Assembly: GCA_944326355.1 (NCBI GenBank)
Contig: CALVDO010000006.1
Coordinates: 16,163-80,162, forward strand
Source: an uncultured Bacteroidales bacterium
GTDB lineage: Bacteria; Bacteroidota; Bacteroidia; Bacteroidales; UBA932
Reading direction: 5' to 3'
Length of the DNA: 64,000 nt
Shown piece after piece: positions 9,063-17,547 of this stretch; the stretch's first letter is position 1, and every line of letters starts with the position of its first letter. The notes under the pieces are model-generated. The model was not told the DNA's origin and made no database searches. It was given only the letters and a program-made list of their open reading frames with translations. Made by a program: the position numbers and the translations under genes.

Positions 9063-9366
9063 TGTCTTTCTCAGACACAAGACCATACTCCATCCAACGG
9101 GCGAGAATCTCCCTGACGTCGGCCAGGGCCATGTCCGATCCTATGCCATATTCGTCACTGAGCCATGCCGCGAGCGTCTCCTCCGTAAAGCAGGACGTCT
9201 CGGCGTGACGCCAGAGCGCCGCAGCCGTATCGTTCAGAGTGAAAACATCGGTCATGTTCACTCTCGTGTCGTCCACTTTGACTATCATGTGGCGACGTCC
9301 GACCGTCCTCAGTCTGAGGCCCGGATTCGTTTTCATCTTCTTCATTGCAAGATTCCCCATTCTCAA
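9049..9366 (-). CDS. PqqD-family protein (RRE-like peptide chaperone fold)
   Basis: About 100 aa (alternative start 9345). RLRTVGRRHMIVKVDD...VFTLNDTAAALWRHA...EETLAAWLSDEYGI....ADVREILARWMEYGLV is a typical PqqD-family length and pattern. Confidence 0.65.
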   Translation of the reverse strand: MRMGNLAMKKMKTNPGLRLRTVGRRHMIVKVDDTRVNMTDVFTLNDTAAALWRHAETSCFTEETLAAWLSDEYGIGSDMALADVREILARWMEYGLVSEKDNEKD

Positions 9367-9400
9367 AATCTTCCCTTCGGGGCAGACTACCTGTCCGGAA

Positions 9401-10060
9401 TCAGAATTTCCTGCCGGAAATTATGCTGACGGCCGTCATCCAGATTATCTTGACGTCAAACCTCAGCGAATATTCTCTGATATACTTCAGATCAAGCCTC
9501 AGACGCTCCAGCATCTTGTCCATCGTGTCCGTATAGCCGTTGAATAGAGTCGCCTCTGAAAACAGCCCGGGTCTCATCCCGTACAGATACTCATAGTCGG
9601 GGTTATGCTCCATAATCATATCCACGAAGCACTGTCTCTCAGGTCTGTATCCAACAAAGGACATATCTCCCTTCAGGACGTTCCACAGCTGCGGCAGCTC
9701 ATCGACATGATGCTCCCTGAGGAATTTCCCTATGCGGGTGAGCCTGTCGTCATCCTCCTGGCAGAGCTGAGGCACACCGTCCTTCTCCGCATCAATCGCC
9801 ATCGAGCGGAACTTGTAGATGGTGAAGGGTCTGCCTCTGTAGCCGACTCTTTCCTGCGAAAAAATTATCGGGCCACCGTCTTCTCTCTTGATCTTAAATG
9901 CTATCCACGCGAAAAGAGGAGAAAAGACCAGCATGCCGATAATCGAGCAAACGATGTCAAAAATCCTTTTGACACAAGCCTCGAACGGCGATATACGGTA
10001 AATGTCTGATGATGCCATCTCTTTCATAGTAATGTCTTTCTGCCTCAGAGGTAAATCCAT
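9401..10060 (-). CDS. initiating undecaprenyl-phosphate sugar phosphotransferase (bacterial sugar transferase, WbaP/EpsL-type C-terminal domain)
   Basis: ORF 9401..10099. Motifs seen are KRIFDIVCS, SPLF..IAFKIK, RPFTIYKFRSM and DELPQLWNVLKGDMSFVGYRPE. The start is ambiguous between 10060 and 10027. Confidence 0.9.
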   Translation of the reverse strand: MDLPLRQKDITMKEMASSDIYRISPFEACVKRIFDIVCSIIGMLVFSPLFAWIAFKIKREDGGPIIFSQERVGYRGRPFTIYKFRSMAIDAEKDGVPQLCQEDDDRLTRIGKFLREHHVDELPQLWNVLKGDMSFVGYRPERQCFVDMIMEHNPDYEYLYGMRPGLFSEATLFNGYTDTMDKMLERLRLDLKYIREYSLRFDVKIIWMTAVSIISGRKF

Positions 10061-10076
10061 TGCGACGGATTCAGTT

Positions 10077-11195
10077 TCAACACTGACACAATTTTTCATA
10101 TACTCTTAAACTATCGTTCAACATTTTCTGTCTGGTAAACAATGCCTTGTAGCGGCTCAAGGCATTTTCTGAATATCTTGCATAAGTCTCCGCATCTTTA
10201 GTCACCGCACGGATTGCTCCGGCAAGCGCATCAGCGTCACCGGGATCGGCATTCAGGCCGGAGACGCCATGCTCGTTGACCCATGAGGTGCCGGAGCCCG
10301 GTATGTTGGTGGCTACGACCGGCTTTCCGCATGACATGGCCTCAATCTGGGCGATTCCGAACGCCTCTGTCTTCTGTATTGAACTCAGACAGAAGACGTC
10401 GCACGCATGGAACACCGACGGCAGGTCGCAGTCGCTGATGAAGCCGAGCAGCTTCACCTTGTCCTGAAGGCCGGATTCCCTGATCTGGGCCTCGAGACCT
10501 GTCCTGAGCGGTCCCTCACCGCCGATGAGCACCACATAGTCGTCCCCGAGATGCCTCGCGGCCTCTATGAGCGTACTGTGTCCCTTGTACTTAACCAGAC
10601 GGCCAAGCGAAAAGACTATCTTTTTTCCGGGATACCTCGCCCTGACCGCCGCGGCAGCATCACGGTCATAAGGGAGGGGCAGCACCCCGATCGGGATGCA
10701 GCGCGATTTGGCGCGGGCCTTCTTGAGGTCCGGGGATTGCTCTATGTATACCGGAGATGTTCCGATGATGACGTCGGCCCTGTCTATGAGCCAGGACTGC
10801 AGCGGACGGTACAGCGTTCCGAGAATCCTCTGTCTGAGGATATCGCTGTGCCAGTGCAGCACCACCCTGCCCCTGTAGCCTGAACGGCGCAGGGCAAGGC
10901 ATGCCATCGGATCGGGATGGTGGACATGGATTATGTCGTAATCACCGCATCTGCTCCTGAGAGTCGAAAGCAGGGAAGGAGAGATTGTAGTCGAAGCCAG
11001 AGTGCAGAGAGTCCTGCAGCATATCAGCTCCGCATGGCCGTTCTGCCGTATCACACGAGTGCCCCCCCCGTCGGCACAGGCGCACATCATGTCGCAGTCG
11101 ACGCCCATCTCAGACAGTCCTTTCATAAGGTCATACATCACCTTTTCAACTCCTCCCTTGACGGGATAGAATTTTCCAAGCTGGAGTATCTTCAT
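10077..11195 (-). CDS. glycosyltransferase family 4 (GT-B)
   Basis: 372 aa. MKILQLGKFYPVKGGVE at the N-terminus and the E(x7)E region TEAFGIAQIEAMSCGKPVVATNIPGSG. Confidence 0.85.
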   Translation of the reverse strand: MKILQLGKFYPVKGGVEKVMYDLMKGLSEMGVDCDMMCACADGGGTRVIRQNGHAELICCRTLCTLASTTISPSLLSTLRSRCGDYDIIHVHHPDPMACLALRRSGYRGRVVLHWHSDILRQRILGTLYRPLQSWLIDRADVIIGTSPVYIEQSPDLKKARAKSRCIPIGVLPLPYDRDAAAAVRARYPGKKIVFSLGRLVKYKGHSTLIEAARHLGDDYVVLIGGEGPLRTGLEAQIRESGLQDKVKLLGFISDCDLPSVFHACDVFCLSSIQKTEAFGIAQIEAMSCGKPVVATNIPGSGTSWVNEHGVSGLNADPGDADALAGAIRAVTKDAETYARYSENALSRYKALFTRQKMLNDSLRVYEKLCQC

Positions 11196-11258
11196 AACTT
11201 GTCAGAATAGTCAGATATAAGGATTAATATGAAAAATGTTCAGATGTAGACAAGACAA

Positions 11259-12365
11259 TCAGGCAAGGATCAGGTCGAACAGCTCTTTCCACGACCTCGT
11301 CACCGGCGGCTCTATGTCGAGGCAAGGCACAGGATGCAGGAAAGATCCGTCGTTCTGAATCAGTCTTTTCATCATGTTTTTCAGTTCCATATGGTCATCC
11401 GGGGAGAAAAAGGCCGTCATCCGGCTTCCTGCCGCCGTCTCATGCGCATAAGGCAGATCCGCCAGAAGCATCGGCTTCCCGAACGCCGCAAATTCCGAGA
11501 TCGGCAGTCCCCATGTCTCCACTAAAGACGGGAATATCAGACAGTCGGACCTGCCGTAAAGTTCATAAAGCTTCTCCTTAGGCATGAATCCGGCGAAATC
11601 TATCGAAGAGACTCCTCCCCACCTGCTGCAGAGCCATCTCGTGTATCTGTTCTCGTCTCGGGAGACTGTCATGACTACCCTGAATTTCCCGGTTCCGACC
11701 TCCCGCTCAAGGCATTCAGCCGCCTTGCACACAGTCTCGAAGTTCTTGTGCACGTCGCAGTAGGACGGGAAGATGAAAGTGTAGCGGCCAGACCGTTCCG
11801 CATTCACGGACTGTCCCGCCACGGCGGATGATGACGCAGGAAGCGCCACGGCTATCCTGGACGGGTCCAGACGGAACATGGAGACGAACGCATTTCTGAT
11901 CCACTGCTGCTGCACCAGCACGAGGTCATTCTTACGGATGTTTATCCTGTAGATGTACCGCGAGAAGCAGGCAAAACAGAATATCCTGTAATTCAAGAAG
12001 ATATCCTTCACCTTCAATTTATAGAACGGGAACGGATTGTGACAGTAGACGGCTCTCTTCGCCGCCTTCACATTGGGTGTGGCGTCATGCAGCGAAAGCC
12101 ACAGATATACCGGCGACAGACGCTTTGAGATGCTGTTCATAGTCACATATTCGCACCAAAGTCTCTTCAGCCAGCTCGACGCGACATCGGGCATCTCAAT
12201 GAACTCAATGCCCTCGAACGGGGTCAGGTCCTTCCTGTGGACCAGGGCGATGACCTCATACTCCCCTGTCCGAGCCAGCCCGGAGAGATATTCCAGACAG
12301 TCGCGCAATATCGTCAGGGTGCCGCCCTTGCGCAGATTTACGGCTGAAACGACGATCTTTTTCAT
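11259..12365 (-). CDS. glycosyltransferase, GT-B fold (family 1/4-like)
   Basis: 368 aa. The C-terminal region LIFPSLVETWGLPISEFAAFGKPMLLADLPYAHE is typical of Glycos_transf_1. Confidence 0.75.
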   Translation of the reverse strand: MKKIVVSAVNLRKGGTLTILRDCLEYLSGLARTGEYEVIALVHRKDLTPFEGIEFIEMPDVASSWLKRLWCEYVTMNSISKRLSPVYLWLSLHDATPNVKAAKRAVYCHNPFPFYKLKVKDIFLNYRIFCFACFSRYIYRINIRKNDLVLVQQQWIRNAFVSMFRLDPSRIAVALPASSSAVAGQSVNAERSGRYTFIFPSYCDVHKNFETVCKAAECLEREVGTGKFRVVMTVSRDENRYTRWLCSRWGGVSSIDFAGFMPKEKLYELYGRSDCLIFPSLVETWGLPISEFAAFGKPMLLADLPYAHETAAGSRMTAFFSPDDHMELKNMMKRLIQNDGSFLHPVPCLDIEPPVTRSWKELFDLILA

Positions 12366-13138
12366 TTCTTCATCAGGAAAAGAAGAAACTTCATATAATG
12401 GATCAGCTTCTCGACAGGAGACTTCCTGACCCAGCTGTTCTCACAATAGTGTATCGCATACGATGCAGGTGTGGCTTCACGCCTGTTGCCGGCGAAGATT
12501 TCGGAGCGATAGATCATGACTCCGTCATCAAGAGCCTGATCCTCATCCTTGTACAGGAATCCGTACTTTTCCGCCGCCCTCGCGTATATCTGAGGGGCGA
12601 TCACCTTCATGCCGACCATCTGCCCGTCCCGGACGAAATGCCTGTCGGCGTATGAGTCGAGGATGTCCTTCACGAATCCGCATCCCTTTTCCGCGCCCAT
12701 GACCGCCGCCTGTATCTGAATCCCTGAGACATAGCCGTCCACAAGCCTGTGTCCCTCTGCGTCGATCTTTGATGCAGTCCCCTCCTGCTCCACCTCAAAA
12801 GGGTGATGCTCAACGCAAGAGAAGAAACGCGAGCCGAGAAAACGGTCAAACCTCTTCAGCACCTTCACATCGGAGTCCAGATAGATTCCGCCCTCGGTGT
12901 AGAGAGCATAGAGCCTTATGTAGTCCGCCACGAAAGCCCATTTCCTCTGGGCGAACGCCTCCTTGACATAAGGCACACTTCCCTCTATGTCAAAATTTTC
13001 CGTCGACCACAGCTTTATCTCGTAGTCCGGCATGACCTCTTTCCATGAAGCCATGCAGTCGCGGATCTTCTCCGGGTACGGGTCACCGCTCAGCCAGCAG
13101 TAATGTATCACTTTCGGTATCATCTCCGATTTCATCAA
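12362..13138 (-). CDS. glycosyltransferase family 32-like (Gly_transf_sug, DXD)
   Basis: 258 aa. IPKVIHYCWLSG, ADYIRLYALYTEGGIYLDSDV (DxD) and AIHYCENSW. Confidence 0.75.
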   Translation of the reverse strand: MMKSEMIPKVIHYCWLSGDPYPEKIRDCMASWKEVMPDYEIKLWSTENFDIEGSVPYVKEAFAQRKWAFVADYIRLYALYTEGGIYLDSDVKVLKRFDRFLGSRFFSCVEHHPFEVEQEGTASKIDAEGHRLVDGYVSGIQIQAAVMGAEKGCGFVKDILDSYADRHFVRDGQMVGMKVIAPQIYARAAEKYGFLYKDEDQALDDGVMIYRSEIFAGNRREATPASYAIHYCENSWVRKSPVEKLIHYMKFLLFLMKK

Positions 13139-14384
13139 ATATGCTTTCCGTCACCACATTGTCCTCCACATCCAGCAGGAGAAGCAGCGCGTAGACGAGG
13201 AAAATGTCAGTAGAAATCTTCACCCATACAGCCAGCACAAGAATAAACATGAGCACGAAAAGCATTCTGTCTGACCGGTATCTTTTCATCAGCGTCCATG
13301 TGCATGTCATGAAAAAGATGATGAACATGGACAGGCCCATAAGCCCGCAATAGAAAATGAAGCGCAGATAGCCGACGTCGGTGAACATATAGAATCCCCT
13401 GCCCAAAGGATCGTCGAACCATCCGTCTCCGATGAGCCATGTCTTGGCATTGTCAGGGAAGACGACCATTGACTGCAATCGGTCGGTCGAGGAAGTCGAC
13501 CAGTCACCGGTCTCAAAGAAGTTGATGAATCCTTCGAAACCATATTCGAAGTAACGTCTGAATCCCGGCATGGCCGAATATGCCGAATAGACGACTATCG
13601 CCAGCACCGCAAGGGAGACGACGACAGGCATGACTTTCTTCATGTCGTCAACCAGAGCCGTATCCGAATCTCTGAATCTCTGAATAAGCATGTAGACCAG
13701 AGACAGACCCAGACCCACAACGGTGGTCCTTGACATGACGCTGCCGAGAATCACTATGACGGCGAAGAGAAGCCAGTACCATTTGCGCCACATCGATGAG
13801 ACTCCGTGGGTCAGAAGCCAGCCAAGTCCGAGAAGGGCGCATGAGAAACGTATTCCCGCAGTGTCAAAATATGCGCCTATGCCATAAAGCCTGTGCGTTT
13901 TATGAAGATACTCAACATTCTGCGACACGACGCTGTCGACAAACATCTGCAGAGACGGAATATTGTCTATCATTATCCCGAGCACGGACTGGACGGCACA
14001 CACCCAGGCCATGTAATGGAAGATGAGCCTCATCCCGGCAGAGCCGTGAACGGCCCGAATCAGGGAGACTATCGCGTATGCACCTGATAGCCAGACAATC
14101 ATACTCACGATATAAGTGGCATAGGCATAGTCGTCCGTAGTGTTGTATGCCACCGAAGCGAATGAGACGAGAGAGAACAGCAGCGCCCAGCAATATATCC
14201 AGACAAAGCCGCTGTCCATGGTCAGTTTCCTGCCGTTTTTGATCCTGTTCCATACGAAGCACACGGCTCCGAACACGGCAAGCACCATCTTGGTGTTGAG
14301 CCCGGGCAGCGCGACGAGCTCGAACGGGAAATAGTACATGCTGAACACTATTCCCACGAATATGGCTTTCAGAAGATTGATCAT
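13083..14384 (-). CDS. O-antigen/capsule repeat-unit polymerase (Wzy-like) polytopic membrane protein
   Basis: 433 aa with about 10-12 hydrophobic segments and no soluble-domain motifs. It is the only polymerase-like membrane protein in a locus that also has Wzx. Confidence 0.6.
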   Translation of the reverse strand: MINLLKAIFVGIVFSMYYFPFELVALPGLNTKMVLAVFGAVCFVWNRIKNGRKLTMDSGFVWIYCWALLFSLVSFASVAYNTTDDYAYATYIVSMIVWLSGAYAIVSLIRAVHGSAGMRLIFHYMAWVCAVQSVLGIMIDNIPSLQMFVDSVVSQNVEYLHKTHRLYGIGAYFDTAGIRFSCALLGLGWLLTHGVSSMWRKWYWLLFAVIVILGSVMSRTTVVGLGLSLVYMLIQRFRDSDTALVDDMKKVMPVVVSLAVLAIVVYSAYSAMPGFRRYFEYGFEGFINFFETGDWSTSSTDRLQSMVVFPDNAKTWLIGDGWFDDPLGRGFYMFTDVGYLRFIFYCGLMGLSMFIIFFMTCTWTLMKRYRSDRMLFVLMFILVLAVWVKISTDIFLVYALLLLLDVEDNVVTESIFDEIGDDTESDTLLLAER

Positions 14385-15367
14385 CTGTACAGCACTCCGT
14401 AGACGAATTTGAACAGGACTCTGTAGTAGAGCTTCAGCAGAATGTCACAATGATGCCTTGCGAACGACTGGAGCATCTTGTTCCTGAGCGGCTGCCGAGG
14501 ATTCATCCATACGGACCGGTCGGCCTCAGGAAAAGTCTCGCGCCACAGGTCGTAGCAGCGGGAATCGTCCGTCACAAGCAGCGGGAACTTCACGTTAAGC
14601 TTAAGGAAATCCAGTCCAAGCTCGTACTTGTCACCGAAACGGCTGCGGAAGAAATCCGACACCGAATCCACATTCCGGCGCACCATGTCCAGCTGCGTCT
14701 GCTGCGCCATATTGGTCAAAGACGCGACATTATATTTCACATGGTGATACAAGGGCTCTGAAATGTGCCCGTATGACCGGGCAAACGCAAGGCACTTCAC
14801 CAGAGCCGCCATATCCTCTCCTATGTCCGCTCCCTCAATAAACGTCACGCCATTGTCTGCAAACAGACTTCTGCGTATCATGAACGCCCAGAGATACCAC
14901 CTCATGCTTCCGCAGAACATAGCCTCAAGGGCGGCCTCGGAACTTGTGCAGGCAGGCTGCCTCAGCACGCGGCTGCTCTTTCCGAACTCCAGATGCCAGT
15001 CGCAGCCGACAAAGTCCAGATTGCCGGATTCCGCAAGCGAATACATCCTGCTGAACATGTCCGGCTCCACCCAGTCGTCAGCATCAGCGAAGGCGACATA
15101 CTCTCCGGATGCTGCGGAAAGTCCCGTATTGCGGGCCGCCGCCACACCCCTGTTCGTCTCATGCCTGAGAATCCGCACATCCGCCGCCCTTGACGGGTAC
15201 TCCGCTACGGCCTTAGAAAGCACCTCCATCGAAGCGTCCGGAGAGCAGTCGTCGACGAATATGAACTCAATGCCCTCCATATCAGAGGCAAAGAGCGAGC
15301 GGCAGCACTGCTGAAGATACCCTTCCGCTTTATATACAGGAGTTATGACTGAAAGTCTGTAATTCAT
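14381..15367 (-). CDS. glycosyltransferase family 2
   Basis: LSVITPVYKAEGYL..C..S......IEFIFVDDCSPD ... ARNTGL..A.GEYVAFADADDW. Confidence 0.85.
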   Translation of the reverse strand: MNYRLSVITPVYKAEGYLQQCCRSLFASDMEGIEFIFVDDCSPDASMEVLSKAVAEYPSRAADVRILRHETNRGVAAARNTGLSAASGEYVAFADADDWVEPDMFSRMYSLAESGNLDFVGCDWHLEFGKSSRVLRQPACTSSEAALEAMFCGSMRWYLWAFMIRRSLFADNGVTFIEGADIGEDMAALVKCLAFARSYGHISEPLYHHVKYNVASLTNMAQQTQLDMVRRNVDSVSDFFRSRFGDKYELGLDFLKLNVKFPLLVTDDSRCYDLWRETFPEADRSVWMNPRQPLRNKMLQSFARHHCDILLKLYYRVLFKFVYGVLYR

Positions 15368-15370
15368 GAC

Positions 15371-16390
15371 CTATAACAGCGCTCCCTGCACCTTTCTGTG
15401 CGCAAGCCGATAAAACACAAGGTAATAAGCCCGGTTGAAAGCCCTTCCAGGCCCGAGCGGGAGACAATAGTGAAAGTCTCTGACAAAATGACTGAATCCC
15501 GTAACATGATGACTGAGAGCCGAAAACGGAGATATGCGGCGCATCTGCCGGATCACGCGGTAGGCTTCTCTGTGAAGCTCTGTCTCTCCCTTTTCCAGCA
15601 GAGACAGCAGCAGAGTGTTCTTCCTGCCCTCAAGTATCTCATACTCATCATGTCCGAAGGCTCGTCCGTCGCTGACGACAAAGTCTGTCATCGCTCTGAA
15701 AGCCTTGAGGTAGGCGTCGACATCATGTCTTATCGTCATCGCCGTCATTATCGAGGACTCGCGGACATGATAGCGATATACATATTTTCTGTTCACATAC
15801 ATCGTAGCCGCCCTGCAGGCCAGCCTGAAGCTCCAGATGACGTCCTCGTGCAGAAGCCCCTCTTCAAAGAAGAGGTCGTTATCGAGAAGAAACTGCCTGC
15901 GGCACAACTTGTTCCACGCCATCATATACCATTTCCCCTCGGCATACGAATGAAGTATGCCAGCATTACCGAGCACCGCGCCCTCCGGCAGTGAAAGCGA
16001 CGGATATTCCCTGTCGCTGCCGACCGTCCCGTAATCCGAGATGACGAAATCATACCTGCACTCCGACAGCGGAGCCACCGCGCTTTTCAATGAGTCCGGC
16101 ACCATCTCGTCGTCACTGTCAAGGAAATACACATATTCTCCAGTCGCGGCGGACAGGCCGGTATTTCTCGCGGCGGACAGCCCTCTGTTGCGCTCATGCG
16201 CGATTATCCTGCATTCCGGAAAATCATGTGTGGCGACATATTCCCTGGCAAGTGCGACGCTTTCGTCCGTTCCGCAGTCGTCCACGAGAATCACCTCCAT
16301 ATCTACACCCGACTGTCCGGACACGGACTCCAGACACCTCACTATGTAAGGAGCCACATTGTACACCGGTATGACAACTGACACTTTCAT
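15371..16390 (-). CDS. glycosyltransferase family 2
   Basis: VSVVIPVYNVAPYI..C..SV..Q.....EVILVDDCGTD ... ARNTGL..A.GEYVYFLDSDD. Confidence 0.85.
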   Translation of the reverse strand: MKVSVVIPVYNVAPYIVRCLESVSGQSGVDMEVILVDDCGTDESVALAREYVATHDFPECRIIAHERNRGLSAARNTGLSAATGEYVYFLDSDDEMVPDSLKSAVAPLSECRYDFVISDYGTVGSDREYPSLSLPEGAVLGNAGILHSYAEGKWYMMAWNKLCRRQFLLDNDLFFEEGLLHEDVIWSFRLACRAATMYVNRKYVYRYHVRESSIMTAMTIRHDVDAYLKAFRAMTDFVVSDGRAFGHDEYEILEGRKNTLLLSLLEKGETELHREAYRVIRQMRRISPFSALSHHVTGFSHFVRDFHYCLPLGPGRAFNRAYYLVFYRLAHRKVQGALL

Positions 16391-16425
16391 GCTTTCATGC
16401 CTTCATCCGCATTCTGCCGACAGCC

Positions 16426-17547
16426 TCACTTTCTTCCCGCCACTACCTTGAGGAGCCCCGGGAAATACCTGCGCAGCAGCCAGAAAGCCCCGAGCAGGGA
16501 AATGACTATAAATACCTCGGCCCCAATATATGTGAATATGATCTCTAAATCCGTATCAGGCCGCAAAATCATGAAGAAGATTTTGACCATTCGGTTGCAT
16601 ATCAAAGCGTGCGAGACATATATGAAGAAGCTCGCTGAAGCGAGAAACGGACTCACGGACACATACGACTTCTTCAGCAGCCAGGCTGCCAGATTGTATG
16701 CCAGAAGCAGCGACACGAACACATTGGCCAATTTGATGATTTTCACCAGCTCTACATTGTCATGAAAACACATGTGCGCGATGCCGAGAAGCGGATACAA
16801 TATCAGAGTCCATTTGAAATACGGACTGAAAGATGTGAAGATGTCCTTCCTGTTTATGCTCATATACGCTCCCCACGAAAAGAAGAAGAATGCGTTTGCG
16901 AGCAGATTGAACCTCCAGTTCAACGGCAGGATGAGACACACGCCCATGATCAGCAGCGGCCATCATTTCGCCCTCTTGAGCATCCAATACAGCAGCGGAG
17001 TAGTCAGGACTACAGTCATGAGATCCCTTAAAAACCACAGCGGGATGACCAGAGGATACGGAGATCCGGCATAGTCCGGCTCTCCCGGACCGACAAGAAG
17101 CCCTCCGTGATAAACCCAGTAGCACGACAGAATCGTCTTGAAATCCAGATTGACCCGCGTGTCCGGATAGGCAACGAAATCGCTGAATGCCGGAAGTGAT
17201 CTCACGAGAATGAGCACCAGTTCCAGCGTAATCCATATCAGATACGGGATAAGCAGAGTCTTTGTCCTGTTCTTCAGCTTCTTGAGCCATACGGCCGGCG
17301 TGAAGTCGTCCACATTCACAAAGAACACATATCCGGAAATGAAAAAGTATATCGGCACACTTATCCCCCGGAGGAACGCGTCTATGAACCTGCTGACCGA
17401 CATGAACATCGGACTGGATGCGGGATCAAACTGCTCGCCGCCGAAAGCCATGCCGCCGGAATTGAAGACATGTACCGTCACGACAATTACCGCCAGCGGG
17501 AAACGCAGCAGATCCAGACTCTGTGTTCTGAGATTACTCTGCCCCAT
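16426..17547 (-). pseudogene. acyltransferase family 3 (O-acyltransferase) interrupted by one in-frame TGA
   Basis: Track ORFs 16963..17547 and 16426..16947 are in the same frame. Reading through gives ...LYWMLKRAK-TGA-WPLLIMGVCLILPLNW..., about 373 aa in total, which is a normal length for this family. The N-terminus SLDLLRFPLAVIVVTVHVF is typical of acyltransferase_3. Confidence 0.7.

Noticed and set aside
6950-9366. Lasso-peptide biosynthetic gene cluster
   Set aside because: The kinase, nucleotidyltransferase and PqqD-like parts are present. However, the window has no asparagine-synthetase-like cyclase, no transglutaminase-like leader peptidase and no precursor with a recognisable core. 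It is reported instead as an orphan tailoring cassette.
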